A DNA stretch of 24,000 nucleotides from OM182 bacterium MED-G24 (GTDB taxonomy: Bacteria > Pseudomonadota > Gammaproteobacteria > Pseudomonadales > Azotimanducaceae), in NCBI GenBank assembly GCA_002457275.1, contig NTKD01000003.1:14289-38288 (forward strand), read 5' to 3'. Below, piece after piece: positions 15,778-23,596 of this stretch (positions are counted from its first letter, which is position 1; each line of letters begins with the position of its first letter). The position numbers and the translations under genes are program-made. The notes below the pieces were generated by a model. It made no database searches and was not told the DNA's origin. It was given only the letters and a program-made list of their open reading frames with translations.

Positions 15778-17979
15778 CTATTCTGGTGAGTCGACAGCAA
15801 TCGCTCCGGCCGCATTCAACGCTTCAATATCGGCATCCGAATACCCGAGCAAACCCGCCAGGATAGACGCAGTATCGCCGAACAGACGCGGTGACCCTCG
15901 CCATATGCCGGTACGTTGACTGCCGAGCTTCCATAGGCTACCGGCAATATCGATACGGCTATTCACGACCTCTGGTGAACGATCCTGTTCCCAGAGGCCT
16001 GTCTGAGTCAGGTAGTCATCCATCAATACGTGGGCACTGGGCCTCACCCAGGTCACGGCAAAACCCGCATCACCCAGGCGTGACAATGCATCGTCCTTGT
16101 CCAGCCCAGCGACATTCCGGGCGATTGCCTCTACTACATCCTCTTTCTGAGTACTTGACGGGTCATCGGTCGACAGGAACTGAAGCATCGCACGCCATTC
16201 GTGTTCGTCCATCGCAAACAGGGCCAGCGGTTCACCACCGCGACTCTCAACCACGAGGTATTCCGGCAGGCAGACTTCGCGGGTCGTATCCAGACCTTCA
16301 AGCAACGGTTCCAGGCCCACCAACGCAACCGTCTCAAGCTCAGACACGTCCACCCGTGCAGTACAACGCTCAGATCTGGCTTTCCAGATGTAGGATGCAA
16401 TAGCGAGCGAACCACACAATCCCGATACCGGATCAGGGTAGGGAATAAACATCTGTGAAGCGGTTTCTCCGTCCAGACTGGTCGCGTACCCTACGCCAGC
16501 CGCCGCATAGACCTGAGTCCCGTAGCCAATATAGTGTGACCGAGGACCAACCTGTCCAAAGGCGGACAATGAGACGTAGACCAACTCTGGATTAAATTCT
16601 CGCAGCGCGTCGTACCCCACACCCAGTCTGTCAACAACGCCAGGTGCAAAGTTTTCCACAACCACGTCAGACTGCGCCGCAAGTTCGCGTACGATCCGAC
16701 GCCCCTCATCAGACTTCATATTGATGCCAATAGAGAACTTTCCCCGTTGATTCGCACTCCACCAGGCAGCCGTATTGTTGGATGAATGATCACCTCCGGC
16801 GAACGGTGGGTTCCGCCTGAGATTGCTCGCCCGCGGATGCCACTCAACATTGATGACTTCAGCACCCAGATCACTGAGCAACGTCGTGGCATACGGGCCC
16901 GCCCAGGCCCAGCTCAAATCCAGCACCCTGAGCCCTGCAAGCGGCAACCCTTCGTCAGGTCTGACCCCCGTCCTGCGCTGAGCCTTCTTCGCAGCCGACT
17001 CATCCAGGGACGCCAGCCATGGCACACCAACCCGGCCATCGACGAAAAAATCGCGCGCATTCATATGTTCATCACCGGCAACCTGCCGGGGCGTATAAAC
17101 GGGCGCCACGGGAATGTGTTCGTCCTGACAGATATCTGAGACTTCCTCTGAAGTCAGCGACGCTGCCCAACTTCGAACTTCCCGATCGATTTCATCAACA
17201 TTCGATCGCACCAATGACAGATCGTTAGCGACGGCATCCGCCAAATTAGCTCTTACACCAATGAGATGGAGCAGTTTCGACCAGTGAGCCGGTTCAACCG
17301 GCCTGACATACGCTAGCCCGTTGCTGGTACTGACCGTTCCACCTGGCATTCGAAATGTTGCTGACGAGGGCGCACCCATGATCCGTTGATCCAGTTGAGC
17401 GAACCCTACAGGCTGCATCGGGAGCATCGCCAACAGCTCAAGCAGGTCGATGTGGACATGTGCGGGTTTCCGCAATGTTTCGTCCACCCCGGATAGTTGT
17501 TGTGTGACAACCGCCAGCGCGGCCAATGCGCCTCCGAGAATGCTCGCCTGACGGTTGCGCGGGATCGCAATTGAGGTCATTTCACCTGACGCATCCATGT
17601 GCCGCGTCAGGTATCCAAGCCCTGACCGCGCCCACAATTGCATATCGGTGATCGCGGAACGCTTGAAGTCGCCCGATTCCGCATACGGCGACGTGATCTC
17701 GATACGATCTGCTGTTTCGACGCAGACCGCAATGTCATCCAGCTCATCCGCAAAGTCCGGGGTCAATATGACCGCGTCAAAACGATCTGCAGGATCAAAA
17801 TCCTGAACGCCCTGCGCGATGTAGGTCGCAACAACGTCGTTCTCGTCATCAGGTCGACTCCGATGCACCACACGTGCACCGCAAGAGACGAGCCACATCC
17901 CTGCCATGCGCGTAACCGCTGCCGATCCCAGCAATAGGACGGATAGACCGGTCAGCGGCTTCGTCGATCGCGTCAACAC
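15778..17979 (-). CDS. tandem (two-domain) family III CoA-transferase (CaiB/BaiF-type)
   Basis: 733 aa with a GTG start at 17977-17979. The C-terminal half carries PLAGLRVLDLSWAWAGPYATTLLSDLGAEVINVE, VVVENFAPGVVDRLGVGYDAL and PYPDPVSGL. The N-terminal half repeats the architecture in diverged form (PLTGLSVLLLGSAAVTRMAGMWLVSCGARVV ... ITDMQLWARSGLGYL). Confidence 0.85.
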   Translation of the reverse strand: MLTRSTKPLTGLSVLLLGSAAVTRMAGMWLVSCGARVVHRSRPDDENDVVATYIAQGVQDFDPADRFDAVILTPDFADELDDIAVCVETADRIEITSPYAESGDFKRSAITDMQLWARSGLGYLTRHMDASGEMTSIAIPRNRQASILGGALAALAVVTQQLSGVDETLRKPAHVHIDLLELLAMLPMQPVGFAQLDQRIMGAPSSATFRMPGGTVSTSNGLAYVRPVEPAHWSKLLHLIGVRANLADAVANDLSLVRSNVDEIDREVRSWAASLTSEEVSDICQDEHIPVAPVYTPRQVAGDEHMNARDFFVDGRVGVPWLASLDESAAKKAQRRTGVRPDEGLPLAGLRVLDLSWAWAGPYATTLLSDLGAEVINVEWHPRASNLRRNPPFAGGDHSSNNTAAWWSANQRGKFSIGINMKSDEGRRIVRELAAQSDVVVENFAPGVVDRLGVGYDALREFNPELVYVSLSAFGQVGPRSHYIGYGTQVYAAAGVGYATSLDGETASQMFIPYPDPVSGLCGSLAIASYIWKARSERCTARVDVSELETVALVGLEPLLEGLDTTREVCLPEYLVVESRGGEPLALFAMDEHEWRAMLQFLSTDDPSSTQKEDVVEAIARNVAGLDKDDALSRLGDAGFAVTWVRPSAHVLMDDYLTQTGLWEQDRSPEVVNSRIDIAGSLWKLGSQRTGIWRGSPRLFGDTASILAGLLGYSDADIEALNAAGAIAVDSPE

Positions 17980-17985
17980 GGGAAA

Positions 17986-18279
17986 CTAGCTTACAAGATC
18001 CATTAGCTCAATCTCGGCCTTACCGCCAGAATAGGGACCAAGTTTCGCACCAGCGGCTTTGAAAGCATTCGACTTACCGTGGGCCGACAGCGCTTCCTCG
18101 TCGCTGTACTGTTCCATCACGTAATACACAATGTCCTCTGAACGGGACTTGTGCAGCAGATAGAACTCACAACCAGGCTCGTTTTCACTCACTGCCTTCT
18201 GCATTTCCTTGAAGCCAGCCTCAAATTCAGCATTTTTTCCTTCCGCACACTTCAACTTGGCAATGATTCCAATAGACAT
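17986..18279 (-). CDS. antibiotic-biosynthesis-monooxygenase (ABM) domain protein
   Basis: Start at ATG 18277-18279, preceded by GAGGAG. The sequence MSIGIIAKLKCAEGKNAEFEAGFKEMQKAVSENEPGCEFYLLHKS...VMEQYSDEEALSAHGKSNAFK shows the ABM / quinol-monooxygenase-like pattern. Confidence 0.75.
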   Translation of the reverse strand: MSIGIIAKLKCAEGKNAEFEAGFKEMQKAVSENEPGCEFYLLHKSRSEDIVYYVMEQYSDEEALSAHGKSNAFKAAGAKLGPYSGGKAEIELMDLVS

Positions 18280-18595
18280 AGAACTCCTCAACAACATCGG
18301 TAATAGCGAGCCGCCATCATAGAGTCAGATCGGTTGTAATAGCCACCTCTGGCGACTGCAATCAGCTGCGGCGACATCCCAAAGACGGCATAGCCGCGAG
18401 GCGGACATCATCAGCCCAGCCTGCAACACACGCCCGATACCACGCAGGTTTTCGATCACATCTGTCAACAGAACCTGATGTCACCACGCCTGATCCTATC
18501 GTGTGACCAATGGCAGGAGCGGTTACTCCGCTCCGGGAATCTCAGGCAGACAGTAGCACTCCGACCTGTTATCTACGAACCTGCAGACTGTCGAA

Positions 18596-19627
18596 TCAGT
18601 CCGTTTCAGGCTTTCTTCCCCAGATCGCGCGCGTCATACCCGCTATCAGCACTTCTTCATGAAGATCAATGAATCCGGCGGACGTCAGACAGTTCATGAC
18701 CGTCTCCGGTGTCAACGACACTGCATCCGGCGTAAACGCAAGGTGCTGCAGCTGCCAAAGTGCCGCCAGCCTGGGCCCCTGACGATCATCATCGACCATG
18801 AAGTCATGAACAATAATCTGACCTCCAGGCTCAATGACGTCAAAAGCTTTCTCAGCAAGTTCGGCGATAGCTTTGCCCGGAACACCACTCCACAGATAAC
18901 TCATCAACACGGCATCAACCGGTCCTGGCCATTCTGTTACCAATGCATCGCCGCCCAGCACGTCGATCCTGTCTGAAAGGTGTGCCGTCTTCTCTACTGC
19001 CAGCTGAACCACGTTGGGAAAATCAAGAATGGTCACCTGCAGTTCCGGCCACGCTTCACACAACCGAATCGCGAAACCACCACTACCCCCCGCAACGTCG
19101 AGCAACCGTCTGGCGCCTGACAAATCCACCAGTCGCGCCAATGTCCGTCCAGGGCCCAGGGATCCCGAATGTTGAGACTCGGTATAGAGCCTGGCCTCCC
19201 CTGAATCGGCCATCCACTTGGCATAACTGTCGGTGTGATCATCGGTGAGTGAATCAGTCACGACCGCCTCAAGCTGGTTCATAAATGGGAACATCTGCCG
19301 ATCAATCTGGTAGCGCAGATAGTCGCCGAATTCGTAACGTGCACCTTTCACGAGGAAGGACTCTGCGGCAGGGGAATTTCGATAGCCGTGGGGATCACCT
19401 TCGACCAGCCCTGATGTCACCAGCGTGGTCATTATCGTCGTCACACGATCAATCGAGATACCCGAGACAGTCGACAGTCCCTCGGCATCGATACCCGCTT
19501 CCTGGCCCTTGAATTCAGCAATGTATGTAAAGAGGTCGAGGTGCAGCGCGACGAACAGAGCTTTCGAGGCCATAAACCCGAAGGCGATCTCCGATATCTG
19601 TTCAGCATTCGTGAGTGGGCCAGCCAT
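18596..19627 (-). CDS. class I SAM-dependent O-methyltransferase (family-2 type with N-terminal dimerisation/winged-helix domain)
   Basis: 343 aa with SAM motif I LLDVAGGSGGFAIRL. The N-terminal region is helical (AFGFMASKALFVALHLDLFTYI). Confidence 0.85.
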   Translation of the reverse strand: MAGPLTNAEQISEIAFGFMASKALFVALHLDLFTYIAEFKGQEAGIDAEGLSTVSGISIDRVTTIMTTLVTSGLVEGDPHGYRNSPAAESFLVKGARYEFGDYLRYQIDRQMFPFMNQLEAVVTDSLTDDHTDSYAKWMADSGEARLYTESQHSGSLGPGRTLARLVDLSGARRLLDVAGGSGGFAIRLCEAWPELQVTILDFPNVVQLAVEKTAHLSDRIDVLGGDALVTEWPGPVDAVLMSYLWSGVPGKAIAELAEKAFDVIEPGGQIIVHDFMVDDDRQGPRLAALWQLQHLAFTPDAVSLTPETVMNCLTSAGFIDLHEEVLIAGMTRAIWGRKPETD

Positions 19628-19656
19628 CTTGAAGTCAACAACGAAACAGTTTCGCC

Positions 19657-20631
19657 TCAGGAAATCTGTTGGCGAAGAGACTCAACTTCCTCGCGCAGAG
19701 ATTTTAGCTCAGCCTGTTCCTCGCGTGCCTGTTTCCAAAGGGAAGTTGTATGCTCGTTGGGCCCAAACGCAGAAGGCGGCATCAGCATCGCACGCTGCGA
19801 CTCGGTAAGACCATCATAATGATCCTCATTGTAGTAGCCTGGACTCCAGGCGACAGCGTGTGGACAGTACTTGTAGAAGACGGTTCGGCGTTCTCCCGCC
19901 CCTTGCCATGGCACCGTGCCGTGAGCGCAGGCCTCAGTAAAAATAATCGCATCACCTGCATTCACCGCAACCCGGTCAACACACTCTGGAATGTCATCCT
20001 GCGTCTTGCTGAGCTTCCATTCCTGCGGCAGTTCCACGTTCACCTTATGGCTACCCGGAACGCATGCGAACCCGCCTTCACCTGGTTTCACGTCACTCAA
20101 CTCAAAGGCGACGGCAACCAACCCATTGAAAAATCGGCCATTGGAGTACCGGTAGTAACACTGACCTCCATCCGTCGGGCCCACAAGATCGGTGGCCCCG
20201 CCAGCCCCCTGACCACCTCCATGCAGAAACAACTGACCGGGCTTCTCGTGGTTGATGATGTTGATGTAGTCATGATCCAGGCGGTAGTTCTTACCCAGCA
20301 GCGTTTCCAGGTAGGGTGCGATCGTTGGAAGGTCAATAAGGTCAATGTAGCTGCCACCCCACTCGAGCATTGATGGCGATGACCACGCAGTGCCGCTGGC
20401 GCCGAGAATCGTTCGATCGGAGCCCAAATGGTGCTCGATCCCAACCTTACGTGTCTTCCTGCCCTTCCGGTCTTTCACTTCCTCCACGGGATCCTTCGAG
20501 ATGGCTTCGCGTCGTTCATCTCTCTGTTGCTCCAGACGACCCGAAAGATCCGTCACCTGCTCAGGTGTCAGGGCATTTCGGACAATCAGGTAGCCGTTAA
20601 GGTCAAAGAGATATTGTTCTTGTTGATTCAT
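19657..20631 (-). CDS. phytanoyl-CoA dioxygenase (PhyH) family Fe(II)/2-oxoglutarate-type enzyme
   Basis: 324 aa. The N-terminus YLFDLNGYLIVRNALTPEQV is family-typical, as are GGFACVPGSHK and IIFTEACAHGTVPW...ERRTVFY (distal His plus Arg at +11). The C-terminal tail is coiled-coil-like. Confidence 0.85.
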   Translation of the reverse strand: MNQQEQYLFDLNGYLIVRNALTPEQVTDLSGRLEQQRDERREAISKDPVEEVKDRKGRKTRKVGIEHHLGSDRTILGASGTAWSSPSMLEWGGSYIDLIDLPTIAPYLETLLGKNYRLDHDYINIINHEKPGQLFLHGGGQGAGGATDLVGPTDGGQCYYRYSNGRFFNGLVAVAFELSDVKPGEGGFACVPGSHKVNVELPQEWKLSKTQDDIPECVDRVAVNAGDAIIFTEACAHGTVPWQGAGERRTVFYKYCPHAVAWSPGYYNEDHYDGLTESQRAMLMPPSAFGPNEHTTSLWKQAREEQAELKSLREEVESLRQQIS

Positions 20632-20693
20632 GATGGGCTTACCTTACTTTCTTCCTGTCTCGCTCATTCGTGCCGGTGGCGTCACTCTGGCTT

Positions 20694-21440
20694 TCACAAC
20701 CCGTAGAACATTCGATTCACGCGACGTTGATAGCGTCTGAGCCAAAGGTTCCAGGTCATAATAGGATTATCCGACATCAGAAGACTGAGCACGAACCTCT
20801 TTTCACCCGAAACCAGATCTCTCACCCGATGACTGACGTGATCTCCCTGAAACAAGATCAGTGAATTTTCCAACCCCTGCCGGAGAATAGTGGTCGTCGT
20901 GCCATGAGGCCGCAATTCAAGTTTGCTGACATCGTCAAACGTGGACTCTTTCAACGTCAGGATGCCCGCCCATCGCTGACCAAGATAGATATTACCGTCA
21001 ACATGCCAGCCACAACCATCTGGTCTGGGTACACCCACTGCACCAGTTTCACGGTCAGGATCCCCCGAGTAGAACAGCAAACTGAGCCTGTTCACGTCGG
21101 CCTCAGGCACCATGGTCAAAGAAAGCCCTGTTTCGCCCTGGATCCGCGATGTAAACGCGTTGCTTGAAAGGTATTGAAGCGGCAGGCCGCCTCCACCCGC
21201 CATGAGACTGCGACCATCCAGTGCAGAGCCCGAGCGCCACGCCCCCTCGTTGCGCGTCAACCGCGGACAGTTGGCAAGGCTCGACCGCAATTCCTCGAAC
21301 AGCGCCTCTGGAAAGATGTTGGTAATCTGGTACCAGGATTGTGCCGACTGCGAGACTCTGCCCAGCCGGTTCTGCCTGTTGTGTTGATGTAAGCGGACCT
21401 CCGCTCGCAAACGCCGGGGCAGGATTCTTGATAGACCCAT
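20694..21440 (-). CDS. 2OG-Fe(II) oxygenase superfamily protein
   Basis: Start at ATG 21438-21440, 2 nt after the MFS stop. An HxD motif (GWHVDGN), a distal His (GDHVSHRV) and an RxS motif (KRFVLSLL) are present. The track's 33-codon extension overlaps the MFS gene and is unsupported. Confidence 0.65.
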   Translation of the reverse strand: MGLSRILPRRLRAEVRLHQHNRQNRLGRVSQSAQSWYQITNIFPEALFEELRSSLANCPRLTRNEGAWRSGSALDGRSLMAGGGGLPLQYLSSNAFTSRIQGETGLSLTMVPEADVNRLSLLFYSGDPDRETGAVGVPRPDGCGWHVDGNIYLGQRWAGILTLKESTFDDVSKLELRPHGTTTTILRQGLENSLILFQGDHVSHRVRDLVSGEKRFVLSLLMSDNPIMTWNLWLRRYQRRVNRMFYGL

Positions 21441-21442
21441 TG

Positions 21443-22693
21443 TCAATGTTCCTGCGTGACCAATCGGGTGCCTGCCATGACCGCAATCACCAGGAACACG
21501 ACAATCGCAAACATCATGGCCAGCGGCAAAATGACCCAATCAGTCAGGTACCCTACGAGTAGTGCACCCAGCGGCATCAGGTTCCAGGTAATGCCATGCA
21601 GCCCCATCACACGACCACGCAACGCATCCGGGACTCGTAACTGCAGCACACTCAGCGCGTTGATCAGGAACACCGACTGCATGACCGCTGCGACAAAAAC
21701 CGTCACCATCGCTGGTAAAAATCCATCACGTCCCGGAATCCAGAGAGTAATCAGACAAAATACCAGTACCGAAATCCCCGTACCGAACGCGCCTCCCACA
21801 GTGATCCACCCAATCGCCAGGTAACGACGCATCCCTGGCGCCAATAATGTCCCCAGGACAGAACCCACCCCTGTTGCGGACATGAGATATCCGTAACCAC
21901 GCTCGTCTAATCCCAGCAAATCAGCAAACGCCGGCATCAGTTGATGGTGACTGACCACCAGCAGCATCAGCGCGTAGGACAACAGGAAATAGTAAAGGAA
22001 CAGCCTTTCCCTAAATACAAAAGATAAGCCTTCCATAAATTCGTCAAAAGGAAACGATCGAACATACTGCTGCTGATCAGATGGCAGCCGGAGCAACACC
22101 GCTACCATTGCGAGATAGCCCGCAGCAGCGCCCAAAAACACCATCCAGGTCTCACCGAAAGCAATCGCAAGTCCCGCCAGAGCAGGAACCGACATGCGCG
22201 TACCCTGCCAAATCATGGAATTGAGGGCGACCGCGCTGACCATATTGCGTCGGTCAATCAGTTGCGGATACAGCGACTGTCGCGTGGGCCACTCGATCCC
22301 GGTGGTGAGGGAAATCAGACCTGCGATACCAATCACAATCCAGGCGTTCAACTCGCCCGACGCATCAAGCCAGCAAAGCAACAACAGTAGAGCTGTCACC
22401 AGAAGGCAGATAACAATGAGTATTCGTCGCCGGCTGTATCGATCAGCGACGACGCCGCCTATGAGCATCATAAGGATCGAGGGAATAGCCGTGGCCATCC
22501 CCAGATAACCGAGCATCAACGCGCTGCCAGTCAGCTCGTAGACAACCCACCCCTGCGCGATTGTCTGAGCCTGTGAACCACCTACAGACGCCAGTGAGCC
22601 CAGCCAATAGCGTCGATAGTCGTGGTGACCCAGCGCAGACCAGGTGCTGCCACCATCGGTCAACGAATCAGCCGCGGGGCCATGCCCTGCCAT
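21443..22693 (-). CDS. MFS transporter (DHA3/EntS-like)
   Basis: 416 aa, multi-spanning and hydrophobic. The loop motif GGVVADRYSRRRILIV is present, as is an N-terminal YRRYWLGSLAS. Confidence 0.88.
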   Translation of the reverse strand: MAGHGPAADSLTDGGSTWSALGHHDYRRYWLGSLASVGGSQAQTIAQGWVVYELTGSALMLGYLGMATAIPSILMMLIGGVVADRYSRRRILIVICLLVTALLLLLCWLDASGELNAWIVIGIAGLISLTTGIEWPTRQSLYPQLIDRRNMVSAVALNSMIWQGTRMSVPALAGLAIAFGETWMVFLGAAAGYLAMVAVLLRLPSDQQQYVRSFPFDEFMEGLSFVFRERLFLYYFLLSYALMLLVVSHHQLMPAFADLLGLDERGYGYLMSATGVGSVLGTLLAPGMRRYLAIGWITVGGAFGTGISVLVFCLITLWIPGRDGFLPAMVTVFVAAVMQSVFLINALSVLQLRVPDALRGRVMGLHGITWNLMPLGALLVGYLTDWVILPLAMMFAIVVFLVIAVMAGTRLVTQEH

Positions 22694-22780
22694 ATTATCC
22701 TGCTACCTCCAGATCAATTGAGGGGAGTACAACAGAAAAGTCGAGGAAGGAAACAGGGAAACCTGCATCAAAAGCGGCCG

Positions 22781-23023
22781 TCAGTCGGTGCCGTGTTCAG
22801 CGCCTGAACTTGAATCGGTATCCATGGCATTAAAGTAGAAGCTAGGATCGTTGGGATTGCCATTCTCGCCCCAGAGTTTTTCCGCTATACGGGCACAACC
22901 ACCACATCCCCAACCGAGTCCCGTATCCGCACGAATTTCATCCAGCGACTTGCCTTCTGCAAGACGCTCTTCAATGTCGGCTTTGGTGACATTGAAACAG
23001 TAACAAATCGTGATTTCAGCCAT
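22781..23023 (-). CDS. BFD-like [2Fe-2S]-binding domain protein (bacterioferritin-associated-ferredoxin-like)
   Basis: MAEITICYCFNVTKADIEERL...TGLGWGCGGCARIAE shows the Bfd cysteine spacing CxC...CxxC. An AGGGA ribosome-binding site lies 5 nt upstream of the ATG. Confidence 0.8.
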   Translation of the reverse strand: MAEITICYCFNVTKADIEERLAEGKSLDEIRADTGLGWGCGGCARIAEKLWGENGNPNDPSFYFNAMDTDSSSGAEHGTD

Positions 23024-23206
23024 TCGAATCCCTGACGCGAAGACGCAGCACTTGGACAGTGGGTAGAGCGACGGCCGTTATACCACGGTGAGGAGGTAGA
23101 CGCAGCCGCCAGGCGAATAGACTCGGCCAGGACATGGCTGGCAACGGAGGTCTGTGGTAAAAATCCGCTCCCCGGTCCACGGAGGGGCCGAGGGAAATGA
23201 CGCGCG

Positions 23207-23368
23207 CTATTCTTGTTCCATGGACCAGGTTTTACTGGTCTGACGGGCCAATTCCCATTCGGACAAGGACTCATCCCCAGGAACGACCTTCATGGGCTTT
23301 TTGATCTCGGGGAGCTCATGGCGAATGTCGAGACGTTCGATTTTTGCAGTTTGCAAAGGCATAGACAT
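23207..23368 (-). CDS. small hypothetical protein (53 aa)
   Basis: Internal ATG at 23366-23368 (MSMPLQTAKIERLDIRHELPEIKKPMKVVPGDESLSEWELARQTSKTWSMEQE) with AAGG about 9 nt upstream. The longer track ORF running to 23515 crosses the AT-rich intergenic region. I recognise no family. Confidence 0.35.
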   Translation of the reverse strand: MSMPLQTAKIERLDIRHELPEIKKPMKVVPGDESLSEWELARQTSKTWSMEQE

Positions 23369-23439
23369 GGCAGGGAACCTTGAATAAACGAACTGGACGA
23401 ACAACAACAAAGGCACCTTAACGAGGCTATTCATACACC

Positions 23440-23470
23440 AATAATGAAAATATGGAATAATAACTATTCC
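23440..23470. promoter_or_regulatory. AT-rich Fur-box-like sequence plus GGAATA-N5-TATTCC palindrome
   Basis: By hand count, 23440-23458 (AATAATGAAAATATGGAAT) matches the Fur consensus GATAATGATAATCATTATC at 11/19 positions, and at 10 of the first 12. 23454-23470 (GGAATAATAACTATTCC) has 6-bp inverted arms. The element lies in the divergent region upstream of the small ORF and the Bfd-like gene. Confidence 0.3.
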
Positions 23471-23488
23471 AATATGCCAAATTATACC

Positions 23489-23513
23489 GTGTCGGTGGAA
23501 ATTATTCCGACAC
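23489..23513. repeat. perfect 7-bp inverted repeat GTGTCGG-N11-CCGACAC (candidate operator or hairpin)
   Basis: Read directly from the sequence: gtgtcgg tggaaattatt ccgacac. The spacer contains GGAAATTATTCC, which echoes the GGAATA/TATTCC arms at 23454-23470. Confidence 0.6.
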
Positions 23514-23596
23514 AAGTACTATCAGAAAACACAGTGGCAGTTATCCGCTACATTTGTTGATCTACTCAACACCTGATATCTCAAGGAAGCTCTGCG

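Noticed and set aside
15778-16900. Apparent loss of the catalytic Asp in the C-terminal CoA-transferase domain (GYG in HYIGYGTQ where many family members have GYD)
   Set aside because: On re-alignment, the catalytic Asp of family III enzymes (Asp169 of Frc and CaiB) lies about 25 residues further on. It is present here as PYPDPVSGL. The GYD-like position is not the nucleophile.
18298-18480. Possible small gene in the spacer (minus frame HQVLLTDVIENLRGIGRVLQAGLMMSASRLCRLWDVAAADCSRQRWLLQPI*)
   Set aside because: A stop codon lies immediately upstream, and there is no ATG or ribosome-binding site at the 5' end and no recognisable family. It is noted only as a possible relic.
19642-19654. Palindrome CGAAAC-A-GTTTCG between the PhyH stop and the OMT start
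   Set aside because: The 6-bp arms have a 1-nt centre, so it cannot form a stable RNA hairpin. It is short enough to occur by chance and I saw no second copy.
23159-23189. Rho-independent terminator after the small ORF (minus strand GCCCCTCCGTGGACCGGGGAGCGGATTTTT)
   Set aside because: The stem is only about 4 bp before mismatches or a bulge, and the T5 run is separated from it by CGGA. This is too weak to call, so the small ORF and the Bfd-like gene may or may not be co-transcribed.
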